Program-made: the position numbers and the translations under genes | Shown: positions 8,958 through 18,280 of the stretch, piece after piece | Layout: each line of letters starts with the position of its first letter | How positions within the stretch are numbered: the stretch's first letter is position 1 | Origin: a virus | Taxonomy: Duplodnaviria > Caudoviricetes | Virus record (IMG/VR): IMGVR_UViG_3300037424_002673 | Coordinates: 1 to 42,224 of that record | Reading direction: 5' to 3' (one strand) | Length of the DNA stretch: 42,224 nucleotides | The notes under the pieces: generated by a model | Told to the model about the DNA's origin: nothing | Seen by the model: the letters and a program-made list of their open reading frames with translations, nothing else | Database searches by the model: none

Positions 8958-9205
8958 CGGTGTGGCTCCTTGCCCCGCGTGTTGGGCGTGGCACGGCGCG
9001 GGGCGGCCGCGTCACGCTATCCCGCTAGCCAGCCGTCACTTGTGCGGCTATTTTGGTAGCGGCGATCCTCTATTGAGACCGGAACGTCCGGTTCTCGGAA
9101 GGATTACGCCAGGCGACTCCCTTCGCCTTAACCGGGGCCGCCAGAAAAATTCATGGGTCCGCCAGTTAAGGGGGCCGCGTAGTCAGTACGACAGCGGAAG
9201 GTGAC

Positions 9206-9826
9206 GTGATGCCAGACGGTGAAGTCACTGTGAGCGATTCAGACATCGCCCTCATGATGGCCATGAAGGATCAGGAAGGGCTGCGCCTGTTCCTGCAACG
9301 GTACGGTGGTCGGATGAAGGCATACCTGACGAAGTATTACGCCCACGTGCTTCAAGAACAGGAACGCGACGAGGCGTTCAACTGGGCGATACACAATATC
9401 TGGAACTGCGCCGATCGCTACGACGAGGGTAAAGGCCAGCTTTCATCCTGGTGCATCCGTATCGTCCAGAATGCGGCGAAAAGCGTGTTGCGTCGAGAAA
9501 TGAGCTTCTGCTCGAAGAACCGAGAATACGACGACGGCTTCGATCCGGCTGACCCGAGCAGCGAGAACGATAAGACAGCCCAGTTCTTCGGCCCGGACGA
9601 TCCGCGCTGGGAGCATGTCCTCAAAGCCATCGACACACTGCCCGCACTCCAAAAGACCATCGTTCAGGCCGACTTGGCCGCGGACGGAACGGCGGACGCG
9701 CAGCGGTTGGCGGAAATCCGCGGCAATTCGATCGGCAGCATCTACGTGTCGCGGAACAAGGCGCACGAAAACCTCAAGAAGCGGGTGGTCGAGCTGATGC
9801 GTCAATCCGCTGGAAAGAGGGGATGA
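9206..9826 (+). CDS. ECF-type sigma-70 family sigma factor
   Basis: SDSDIALMMAMKDQEGLRLFLQRY, IWNCADRYDEGKGQLSSWCIRIVQN (region 2), AIDTLPALQKTI...LAEIRGNSIGSIYVSRNKA (region 4). Confidence 0.85.
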   Translation: MMPDGEVTVSDSDIALMMAMKDQEGLRLFLQRYGGRMKAYLTKYYAHVLQEQERDEAFNWAIHNIWNCADRYDEGKGQLSSWCIRIVQNAAKSVLRREMSFCSKNREYDDGFDPADPSSENDKTAQFFGPDDPRWEHVLKAIDTLPALQKTIVQADLAADGTADAQRLAEIRGNSIGSIYVSRNKAHENLKKRVVELMRQSAGKRG

Positions 9827-10233
9827 ATATGAAGCCCGAATCCGAGAAATTCTGGCAGGAGATCGCGAAGGGACTGGCCCGACGCACGGGTCACGCTCCT
9901 ATGACACCGGAGGAGGCGCAGAAGGAGTTCGAGTCGCTCACCGATGAGAAGCTCCCCGACGAACAGATCGAGGAGATCATCGACCGCGTGACCTCGGGCG
10001 AGTTCACCGATTGGACCCCGGCCACGCCGGAGTTCGATCTCCCAGAGTTCGACAGTGAATCCATCGCAGAGGATGTGCTGCAACTCAACCGGAACGAAGG
10101 CGACGCAGACTCGGAGACCGACGAGCTACTCGATCAACTGCGCCGCGAGGCGCTTGAGGATGGGCACGACAATGGGCAAGAAGACGCGACTGGAATGGGC
10201 GGAGATCAGGAACCGCCAAGACAAGGCGATTGA
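9823..10233 (+). CDS. Small acidic protein, candidate anti-sigma factor or peptidase substrate
   Basis: 136 aa, very D/E-rich. ATGA overlap with the sigma gene and overlap with the peptidase gene. Function is inferred from position only. Confidence 0.65.
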   Translation: MNMKPESEKFWQEIAKGLARRTGHAPMTPEEAQKEFESLTDEKLPDEQIEEIIDRVTSGEFTDWTPATPEFDLPEFDSESIAEDVLQLNRNEGDADSETDELLDQLRREALEDGHDNGQEDATGMGGDQEPPRQGD

Positions 10234-11068
10234 GCAGGCGGCCGATGTGTTAGCCGCACTGCACATCGACTCCGCGCCCATCGACCCGTTGGCGATTGCG
10301 GTCAGCGAGAAGCCGCTGCTCACTGCCAAGGGGGCAGACTTCCGGGATCGCTTCGACGGCCAGTTGGAATACCACCGATCCAAGAACCGCTTCCTGCTGT
10401 TCTTCAACACCAAGTACGACCGCCAGCCAAATGGCGAGCACCATCCGCGCACGCGTTTCTCGATTGCGCATGAGTTGGGGCACTACTTCATCGATCGGCA
10501 CCGGGCGTACCTGCTGCGGACGGGTAAGTCGCACCCCTCCAAGGGCGAGTTCCTGAGCGACCGCACCATCGAGACGGAGGCCGATGCGTTTGCCGCCGGA
10601 CTGCTGATGCCGTCGAAGTTGCTGCGCCCGTTGGTGAATGACGGCGAGATGTCGTTCGCGGATATTGAACGCTGGGCCAGCGAGTTCAAGACATCGATCA
10701 CGAGCACCGCCCGGCGCGGCGTCGAGCTGTCGGATTTCCCGTGTGCTCTGATTGGCGTGCGAGATGGTCGCGTCGCGTTCAGTTTTCACTCCCAGGCGAT
10801 GATCGAGGGCGGCTGCTACCCACGGTCACGCGGCAGCGCGTTGCCCCCTGCGGCCCGAGTGAAGTGGGATGCATTTGCCGGTGGGTGCCTGCTGGACAAC
10901 GAGGGGCAGGCGCTCACCCGCGACTGGTGTCAGACCTACGACAATGACAGAGCGGCGCGTGCGCCCATCTACGAGCATTTCTTCGGCGTCCCGCCGACGC
11001 AGACGCTGCTTGTGCTGCTCACTATTCCGGAGGATGAACTGTTCCCCGACGACGAGAACGATGACTGA
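10160..11068 (+). CDS. ImmA/IrrE-family Zn metallo-endopeptidase
   Basis: RFSIAHELGHY (HExxH), ETEADAFAAGLLMP, HTH-like FKTSITS, GAF-like C-terminus. Start at 10160 or 10172. Confidence 0.9.
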   Translation: MGTTMGKKTRLEWAEIRNRQDKAIEQAADVLAALHIDSAPIDPLAIAVSEKPLLTAKGADFRDRFDGQLEYHRSKNRFLLFFNTKYDRQPNGEHHPRTRFSIAHELGHYFIDRHRAYLLRTGKSHPSKGEFLSDRTIETEADAFAAGLLMPSKLLRPLVNDGEMSFADIERWASEFKTSITSTARRGVELSDFPCALIGVRDGRVAFSFHSQAMIEGGCYPRSRGSALPPAARVKWDAFAGGCLLDNEGQALTRDWCQTYDNDRAARAPIYEHFFGVPPTQTLLVLLTIPEDELFPDDENDD

Positions 11069-11121
11069 AAACATGTTGTTCGCTCGACTCGACCGGGGCC
11101 ACGCCTCAATTAGCCACGCAC

Positions 11122-11847
11122 TTACTGCAAGACCACGGAGTCCAACCGCGCTTTCCTTTGCCTCCAGTCCGGCATGCAGCGCCCGAGCATCCGAAAAAAG
11201 GCCGGGCTGTGGTCGTGAATGCGCAGGTGGCACAGCTCGTGCATGATCACGTAGTCGACACAGTGCAACGGAGTCTTCACCAAGTCCAGGTTCAAGGTGA
11301 TCATGCCCCCTTTCGAGCAACTGCCCCATCGGTTCTTCATCGGTCTAATCCTGAGTTGGACGTCCGCCAGTCGTAGCGAGGCGGCAGATGCAAGGCACCA
11401 TTTCATGCGTTCGTGGAAGATCGGTTCGGCGTGTGATCGATACCACGCATCCAAGGCAGCAGCGATCACTTGTGGTCTCGCGGGCGTTGGCACCTGTACG
11501 TTAAAAAACCTGCCCACGAGCTTCACAGCGGTGTCATCAGATCGACACACGCGCAGCCGGTATTGCCGACCGAGGTAATGGTGGGTTTCGCCGGACACAT
11601 ACCGCTTCTCAACCGGCAGCGGCTGATATCTCGCAAAATGGCGGCGCTGTCTGGTGATCCAGGATCGGCGGCGATTCAGATGCGTCAGCACATCGACCAG
11701 GGATCGGCCTGTCGGAGCCAATGCGGTTACCGAGCCATCGGGATGGACCGAGATCGACAGGCGATCCCGATCCCTGAACTCAACCGATACGGAGATTTGC
11801 TCCCCCGCGTGTTCCAGAAGCACGATCTGGGGGGATGACTCAGGCAT
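11122..11847 (-). CDS. M48/YgjP(DUF45)-family metal-dependent hydrolase downstream of hsdR
   Basis: YVSGETHHYLGRQY, MKNRWGSCS, DYVIMHELCHL...HSPAF. Start MPESS overlaps the hsdR stop. Confidence 0.88.
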   Translation of the reverse strand: MPESSPQIVLLEHAGEQISVSVEFRDRDRLSISVHPDGSVTALAPTGRSLVDVLTHLNRRRSWITRQRRHFARYQPLPVEKRYVSGETHHYLGRQYRLRVCRSDDTAVKLVGRFFNVQVPTPARPQVIAAALDAWYRSHAEPIFHERMKWCLASAASLRLADVQLRIRPMKNRWGSCSKGGMITLNLDLVKTPLHCVDYVIMHELCHLRIHDHSPAFFRMLGRCMPDWRQRKARLDSVVLQ

Positions 11848-14800
11848 ATCGTGTCCTGGCAATATCCAGCACCATCTCAAGAATCCGGTCGATGTCCTCA
11901 AACGTCAGGTCGATCCCGTGTTGATCCTTCAGGTCGAACAGGTAATCCTCGATCGCACCCATCATGCGGTTCTGCACGTCGGTGTTGTTCGTCCAGTTGA
12001 CGATTCGGTTCTGCTGGATGATCTCGTCAATGGCCAAGCTCGCCGTGGTACTGGCCGATCGCGGCTCAAACCCCTCGGCGGCGTACCCTGCAAATGCATC
12101 TTGAAGCACCCCGAAGAACGCCTTGGCTACATCCCGGTGGGTCAACTCGCCGGGAATATCGTCTCCGGTGCGGTTCTTGATCTTCTCGGCGATCTCCGTG
12201 ACCTTGCGCAGATACTCGGCATCTGAAAGCCGCTGCTCGCGAAACGCGCGGATGGCATCCTCCAGCATCTCCGAGAACCGCCGGTAGAACGCCGGGTCTT
12301 CCTGCATCCGGTCATGGATCGTTCGCCTGGTGCGGTACGCGATGGTGTCGGCTTTCGATGCCGCGCTGCCCAGCTTCTCGACCTCCTTGGCGAACGCGTC
12401 GGCATCGAAGATATTCACCAGGTCAGTGATCGTCTCCACCTCCCCGGTGCCCACGTGCTGATCCACCAGCTTCTGGATGCGCGCCTCATACTCCTTGAAG
12501 TCCACTACCTCTGCATACCGTTTCCGCACCGAGGTGCGCAGCTTCATGAAGAATCGCAGGTCAGTCTTGTACTTGTTCAGGCGGTCCTCGGGTGTGGCTT
12601 CAAGGAACTCGGCCGATGACAACGCGATCGCCAGTGTGCGCGAGAACGCGCTCAGCCGTTCGTAGAACTTCTCGCGTAATACTTCGTCGGCCAGAAGAAG
12701 CTCGTATGCTTCCTCATCACGCCGGTTGCGGACCTCCTTGAACAACTCCCAAAGGTCCGAATGCCGCTGCGGCAGTTTCTGCGCCTCAACATTCACGTCC
12801 GTCAGTGCCGTGCACAGATCATCCAGCCCCTCCTTGTCGAACTCGGACAGTTGCCCGTAAATGTCCAGCGCTTCGTCGAGATTCTGAAGGACGCCGCGGT
12901 AGTCGATGATGTAGCCAAAGTCTTTCCCGTCGTAGAGCCGGTTCACCCGCGCGATGGCCTGGAGCAGCGTGTGGCCCTTCAGCTTCCGCGTCAGGTACAG
13001 CACCGTGTTGCGCGGGGCATCGAAACCGGTCAGCAGCTTATCGACGACGATGATGATCTCCGGTTGCTCGGCGTGCTTGAACGCGCTGATGACCTGGCGA
13101 TTGTATTCCTTGTCGCTGCCGTACTTGGCCATCATCTTCTTCCAGAACGCCTTCACGTCGTCCTGGGATTCCTCGTGAACGTCGTCTTCACCTTCGCGTT
13201 CATCCGGGCCGGAGATGAGCACCTCGCTGCTGACCATCCCGAAATCATCGAGGAACCGCTTGTAGAGCAGCGCCGTCGCCTTGTCCTGCGCCACGAGCTG
13301 CGCCTTGTACGGGGTGCCCTGCCAGTTGTCGCGGTAGTGCTCGCTCACATCCCAGGCAATGCGCATGACCTTCTGCTGCGCCTTGTTCAACTGATCCGTG
13401 GTCGTGAACTTCTTCTTCAGATCGGCCTTCTGTTCCTTGGTCAGGTCTTCGGTGATCCGGTCGAACCAACCGTCGATCGACTCGGTATCTACACGCTGGT
13501 CGACATGCCGGCCCTCGTACAGCAACGGCACGACCGCCTTATCCTTCACTGCCTGCTCGATCGTGTAGGTGTCGATCAGGCCGCCGAACCGCTCGATGGT
13601 GTTGCGGTCCTTCTTCATCACCGGCGTCCCGGTGAACCCGATGAAGCAGGCGTTGGGCAACGCCTTCTTCATCTTCGCGTGCAGCTCGCCGTACTGGCCG
13701 CGATGGCTCTCATCGACCAGCACGAAGATGTCCGGGTTATCGTCCCGCACACCGGCCTTGCCGACCGCCAGCTCGAACTTGTCGATCACCGATGTGATGA
13801 TTCGCGCCTTGTTGTCCCGCAGCAGTTCCGCCAGGTGCTTGCCCGTCTTCGCCTGCACCGGCAGCGTGCCACAGTGGTGAAACGTCTTGTAGATCTGGTC
13901 ATCCAGGTCTACGCGGTCGGTCACCAGCACGATCTTGAAATTGTCGATGCCACCCTCCAAGGCGATCGCCTCGGCCAGCATCACCATGGTTAGGCTCTTG
14001 CCGCTGCCTTGCGTGTGCCACACCACGCCGCCACGCCGCGTGCCATCGCGCCCCGTGCGGCGAATGCGGTCCATGATCTTGTTCACGCAGAAATATTGCT
14101 GATACCGGGCGACCTTCTTCTCCCCGGCGTCATACAGCATGAACCGATACATCAGTTCGAGCAGCCGCTCGGGCCGGCACAGCGCATACAACGCCCGATC
14201 CTGTTCGGTCACCTCCCGCCCATCGCGCCGGATCGCATCGAAATACTCCCGCACATAACGGAACCGTTCGCCGAACAGCCGCGTCTTCTCCTCATCGTTG
14301 AGCGGCCGGGCGATCACGTCCGCGATGGCCCCGTCCACATCCTCGCGCTCTTTCCACACCGCCCACAACTTGGCCGGCGTGCCCACCGTGGCATACTTCG
14401 CCTCATTCTTCGACAGCGCCAGCAGAAGCTGGGCATGGTGAAACAGGCGTGGAATCTGATCGCGCTGCTGGTTGCGGATGTGCTGGCTGACCGCCTGGCC
14501 GATCGGGTCTTTCAGGTCCGGGCGCTTGCACTCGATCACCACCAGCGGGATGCCGTTGACGAACAGCACCACGTCCGGCCGGCGCGTCTCGTGGCTGCCG
14601 CTGCGCTCGACAGCGAACTCCTCGGTTACGTGATAAACATTGTTCTCCGGCCGCTGCCAGTCGACGTAGTCAAGCTGAAAGCTCTTGGTGTCCCCATCGA
14701 TGGACTGCTGCATCGCCCGCCCCAGCGTCAACAGGTCGTAAATCTTCTCGTTGGTCTGAATCAGTCCCTCGTCGGCCACATCCTTGATCGCCTGCACCGC

Positions 14801-15034
14801 CGCGAGGATGTTGCCCTCGCTGAATGGGTACTCTCGCCCCTTGAATCGGATCGTGTTGATCTTCCGCAACTGTTCGGCCAACACGCTATCGAGGATCACA
14901 CCGCCGAGCCGCCCGTCGCGTAGCTCAACCGCCTCGGCCGGGTCGAGGTACTCGTACCCCAGCTTCTGGAGCAGCTCCAACGCCGGCACCTGCGAGATGT
15001 GGTCCTCTTTGAAGGAGGGAATGTCCAAGCTCAT
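11840..15034 (-). CDS. hsdR: Type I restriction enzyme R subunit
   Basis: RPDVVLFVNGIPLVVIECK nuclease motif, WHTQGSGKS, DESHR, GFTGTP, LLTGFD, QAIARVNR. Confidence 0.96.
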   Translation of the reverse strand: MSLDIPSFKEDHISQVPALELLQKLGYEYLDPAEAVELRDGRLGGVILDSVLAEQLRKINTIRFKGREYPFSEGNILAAVQAIKDVADEGLIQTNEKIYDLLTLGRAMQQSIDGDTKSFQLDYVDWQRPENNVYHVTEEFAVERSGSHETRRPDVVLFVNGIPLVVIECKRPDLKDPIGQAVSQHIRNQQRDQIPRLFHHAQLLLALSKNEAKYATVGTPAKLWAVWKEREDVDGAIADVIARPLNDEEKTRLFGERFRYVREYFDAIRRDGREVTEQDRALYALCRPERLLELMYRFMLYDAGEKKVARYQQYFCVNKIMDRIRRTGRDGTRRGGVVWHTQGSGKSLTMVMLAEAIALEGGIDNFKIVLVTDRVDLDDQIYKTFHHCGTLPVQAKTGKHLAELLRDNKARIITSVIDKFELAVGKAGVRDDNPDIFVLVDESHRGQYGELHAKMKKALPNACFIGFTGTPVMKKDRNTIERFGGLIDTYTIEQAVKDKAVVPLLYEGRHVDQRVDTESIDGWFDRITEDLTKEQKADLKKKFTTTDQLNKAQQKVMRIAWDVSEHYRDNWQGTPYKAQLVAQDKATALLYKRFLDDFGMVSSEVLISGPDEREGEDDVHEESQDDVKAFWKKMMAKYGSDKEYNRQVISAFKHAEQPEIIIVVDKLLTGFDAPRNTVLYLTRKLKGHTLLQAIARVNRLYDGKDFGYIIDYRGVLQNLDEALDIYGQLSEFDKEGLDDLCTALTDVNVEAQKLPQRHSDLWELFKEVRNRRDEEAYELLLADEVLREKFYERLSAFSRTLAIALSSAEFLEATPEDRLNKYKTDLRFFMKLRTSVRKRYAEVVDFKEYEARIQKLVDQHVGTGEVETITDLVNIFDADAFAKEVEKLGSAASKADTIAYRTRRTIHDRMQEDPAFYRRFSEMLEDAIRAFREQRLSDAEYLRKVTEIAEKIKNRTGDDIPGELTHRDVAKAFFGVLQDAFAGYAAEGFEPRSASTTASLAIDEIIQQNRIVNWTNNTDVQNRMMGAIEDYLFDLKDQHGIDLTFEDIDRILEMVLDIARTRYA

Positions 15035-16311
15035 GGCGACCTCCATCCACCGCCGTGAACGGCGATCCGCTGTGCTTGGGTGCATAACAAGACGTGGCGT
15101 TCGGCGTTCGAGATTGCATCAACAACAGTCGTATTCGGGTGGTGGTATGAATTTCCAAGGCCAAACGACACAGCCCACAAGATGCAGTTCGGCATCATTG
15201 TGGGAAACTCGGGAAGCCAGTTGTCGTCCGCCCCGTGATGGGGAATTAGCGCAAGGCCGATTGCCTGCACTTCATTCATGAAGTGGGTCTGAACCTGATC
15301 GGCTTGGAGTTCGGCGTCACCGGTGAGTAACTGCAGCGGAGGAAACAGGAACCGACGATGACGAGGAGGAAGCGGAGCCCAGTGGCAATCGAAGAAGCAA
15401 TGACCAATGTAGTCATCAAGGTCATGCCAGTGATGACTAGCAGTAGGCGATGATGCTGGTTGAAGGCAAATGTTTGCGTAGCCATGCAGCAGATGGCCGC
15501 CGCCACGTTTGGGGACCGCAGGGCCATGACAACACACGACTGATGCCGCATTCTGCCGTCGAGAGCTCTTAAACAGTCGCGTATAGACCTTCTTGATGTC
15601 GTCCAGCCGATCGCGCAGGACTTTAGGGATATCTGCCACAGCAATCGGCACGTTGAGTTTCGCCAACTCATCTTTAATCTGTTCTTGTGTGACCTGCCCC
15701 GGCTGACAGTAGAACTTGAAGCCCCACAAGGGTGCGGGTGTGCGGTAGATGCTTCGATGCAGTCGTAGATTTACGTTATTCGATGTGCCCGCCAAATCGG
15801 GGTAATCTTCTTTGTGCAAGGGGTCATTTGGATACCAGTCATACTCGCCGGCCGCCTGTTCGCCGGCATCGGGCCAGTCCGTCACGACTTCACCGGGCTG
15901 CAGAAACGAAATTGTCACGTCATCACCACCGAGCGCCGTCAGGTAACCAACCGGATCTGCCAGGAACGAAATGTAATCATCATCGAGACCATCCAGATCG
16001 TTGGCGATCGCGTAGCCCGCCCCCGCAAGAAGACGCTCCGCGGGAAACAGGTACGGCAAAACGACCTCTCTGACGCCTTGGGTCTTCCCCAGCAGGTTTT
16101 TGACGCCGTTCATGTGATCCGCGTGAAAGTGTGAGATGACCAGCAGATCTAGCGGGCTTTCGACATCGTAGCCGTCTAATGCATCTGTGATGTATCGTTT
16201 AGCGTTGGTCGTACCGCAGTCGTAGACGAAGCGAAAGTCGTTGACTTGGCCGCTGTAGAACAGCCCTTGGCCGACGGGATGGAAGTCGAAGCGACAGGTG
16301 ATCTGCGTCAT
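15031..16311 (-). CDS. MBL-fold metallo-hydrolase (ComEC/Rec2-like)
   Basis: VGQGLF, YDCG, SHFHADHMNG (HxHxDH), TGDA, PHHGA, NSYHHP. Confidence 0.85.
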   Translation of the reverse strand: MTQITCRFDFHPVGQGLFYSGQVNDFRFVYDCGTTNAKRYITDALDGYDVESPLDLLVISHFHADHMNGVKNLLGKTQGVREVVLPYLFPAERLLAGAGYAIANDLDGLDDDYISFLADPVGYLTALGGDDVTISFLQPGEVVTDWPDAGEQAAGEYDWYPNDPLHKEDYPDLAGTSNNVNLRLHRSIYRTPAPLWGFKFYCQPGQVTQEQIKDELAKLNVPIAVADIPKVLRDRLDDIKKVYTRLFKSSRRQNAASVVCCHGPAVPKRGGGHLLHGYANICLQPASSPTASHHWHDLDDYIGHCFFDCHWAPLPPRHRRFLFPPLQLLTGDAELQADQVQTHFMNEVQAIGLALIPHHGADDNWLPEFPTMMPNCILWAVSFGLGNSYHHPNTTVVDAISNAERHVLLCTQAQRIAVHGGGWRSP

Positions 16312-17498
16312 GATTGACCCCCAGTAGTGCGGCCATCATCGCCCAGCAGTTTCTGCATCAAGCCGCGTTTGAGTTCGGACAGGGCGGCGAGTTTCTTCTC
16401 CAGCAGGGCAATCTCCCGGTCCGCCGCGCCCAGTACCTCGGCTATGCGCTTCTGTTCGTCTTCACCGGGAATCGTCAGCTCGAGCTGGCGCAACGTGGAT
16501 TGGGTGAGCCCGAAACGCGTGACGCCGTTGGCAACGCGGTAGAACTCGTGCCGGGTTCGTGGCAAGCGCAGCAATTGGGCAAGGAACGGGCCGTCGATAT
16601 GCTTTGGCCGCAGGATGGCCAGGTGGTAGCCACACACGACGCCGGACATATCCTGCATGACGACCGCTGGCTTGGCGATGTCATCAGGTGTCTCGGAGTC
16701 CTTCGTGATGATCACGTCCCACTGCTTTAGTGAGAAGTTCTCAATCTCCGTTTTGCTCGCGGTCGCCTGCATGAAGTCGATGTCGGGCGTAATGCGATCG
16801 TTGTAGTACACGTCCGTGTAGTTGCAGAGCCGAACAGGCTGTTCGTCCGCGTGCGACTTCTTGTCGATCCCACTGAAATGCAGCGTGACTAGCTTGCCCA
16901 ACCGTCGAGTCTGCCACGATTCACTGAACCCCGGCAGGCGTCGTTGGCCGGTGAGCAGTTGCTGGGCAAGGCCTTTCTTGAGTTTCCGCTTGGCCTCGAT
17001 GAGCTGGCCCGTCCGCTCCATCGCCCGATCCACCGTGGACAGGATGTGCCCGATGCGCTCCTGCTCGAGCTTGGGCGGGACCGTGACGGGAATCTTGGCG
17101 AAGTCTTTGTAGTACAGCCGCAGGCGGTCGCCGGTGATGCCGTAGGAGTACGCCCAGAACAGGTAGATCATCCGATCGGACTTGAACCAGTACGATGCGA
17201 ACAGCGGGTCGATGTTGTCTTTGGGCGCGACGACGACATAGGCGGGGCTGACGATGCCGTCTTTCTCGGCCAGGCCGGATGCGCCCTGCCACATGCGCAT
17301 CATGTTGTAGGCGATGTCGCCTTGGCGGATCAGCAGGTGTTTTTCGGGCGCGAGCGTGCCGTTGGTCTTCCGCTCCAGCGTGTCACGGTGGACCAGCCCG
17401 TCGTTCATTGTCACCGATACCACCGGCAAACCCGCGCGGCCTTTCTGCCGACGGGAGCGAAACAAGTCACCGAGATGGAGTTGTTGAATCCGGATCAT
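16308..17498 (-). CDS. hsdS: Type I restriction enzyme specificity subunit (two TRDs)
   Basis: PPKLEQERIGHILSTVD...KKGLAQQLLTG central and EQKRIAEVL...KRGLMQKLL terminal conserved helices. Start at 17498 (ATGA overlap). Confidence 0.92.
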   Translation of the reverse strand: MIRIQQLHLGDLFRSRRQKGRAGLPVVSVTMNDGLVHRDTLERKTNGTLAPEKHLLIRQGDIAYNMMRMWQGASGLAEKDGIVSPAYVVVAPKDNIDPLFASYWFKSDRMIYLFWAYSYGITGDRLRLYYKDFAKIPVTVPPKLEQERIGHILSTVDRAMERTGQLIEAKRKLKKGLAQQLLTGQRRLPGFSESWQTRRLGKLVTLHFSGIDKKSHADEQPVRLCNYTDVYYNDRITPDIDFMQATASKTEIENFSLKQWDVIITKDSETPDDIAKPAVVMQDMSGVVCGYHLAILRPKHIDGPFLAQLLRLPRTRHEFYRVANGVTRFGLTQSTLRQLELTIPGEDEQKRIAEVLGAADREIALLEKKLAALSELKRGLMQKLLGDDGRTTGGQS

Positions 17499-18274
17499 CG
17501 GCGTCCGTTCTTTCCCTTCCGCTTCCTGGCTTTTGCCTCTTTGCGGAGGCGGCGTTGCGTCTGTTTCCACATGCGATTGGGCATCACGTCACGGTCGGGC
17601 AGGTCACGCCCCAACTGCTTCGCTTCATTGATCATGTGCCGAAGCTCGCGCGCGAACAGTTCAGACGGCAGATATGGGCGTAGTTCATCGAGCTTGGGGC
17701 CGTGGCAATCCGTGAGCTTGCGGCCACTGCCACATGGGCAAGGTCCGAGTGGCGGTGCAAACCCGTCAGCCAAGCATTTAAGCAGCTTAAGCGAAGCCAC
17801 CTCACTCGCGCCGAAGTGCTCCATGTAGAAGTCAAGCAGACCAAGGAAGTATCCGTGATAGCGTTCGTCGAAAGGAAGCTCTCCGTATTCCCGCTTGTAG
17901 CTGCATGCAAACAGATATGGGATGACCTGATCGTCGATGAAGGTGAGCAGGTGGCGGTGGGCGGCAAACCGGCGGCGTACCTCAACCGGCGCTCCCAGAC
18001 AGAAGTTGCCTGCCTCCATGAAGTGCTCGAAGTCTTTGGGCACCTTACCTTCGATTTCGTAGACACTTGGCGGTGAATCGGGGTAATCGTCGGGGAGGTG
18101 TAGCTCGATCTTGTAGGTGTCGGTGATGGTATGACCGTCGTGCTCGATGGTGAAGCCGACGGGGCCCTGCACGCGCAACTGACCGCCCGGCTCTTGAACG
18201 AGTTCAAGGGCGTCGTGCTTGGCCTGGACTTCTTCCATCTGGGCGATCACGAGTTGGAGGGCTCCTTCATCCAT
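17495..18274 (-). CDS. CBASS-associated prokaryotic E2 (UBC-fold) protein with C-terminal SEC-C Zn motif
   Basis: YKIELHLPDDYPDSPPSVYE...HFMEAGNFCLG (E2 flap His and catalytic Cys). CPCGSGRKLTDCHG SEC-C motif. Basic tail. Lies directly downstream of the CD-NTase. Confidence 0.8.
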   Translation of the reverse strand: MDEGALQLVIAQMEEVQAKHDALELVQEPGGQLRVQGPVGFTIEHDGHTITDTYKIELHLPDDYPDSPPSVYEIEGKVPKDFEHFMEAGNFCLGAPVEVRRRFAAHRHLLTFIDDQVIPYLFACSYKREYGELPFDERYHGYFLGLLDFYMEHFGASEVASLKLLKCLADGFAPPLGPCPCGSGRKLTDCHGPKLDELRPYLPSELFARELRHMINEAKQLGRDLPDRDVMPNRMWKQTQRRLRKEAKARKRKGKNGRR

Positions 18275-18280
18275 GCTGTG

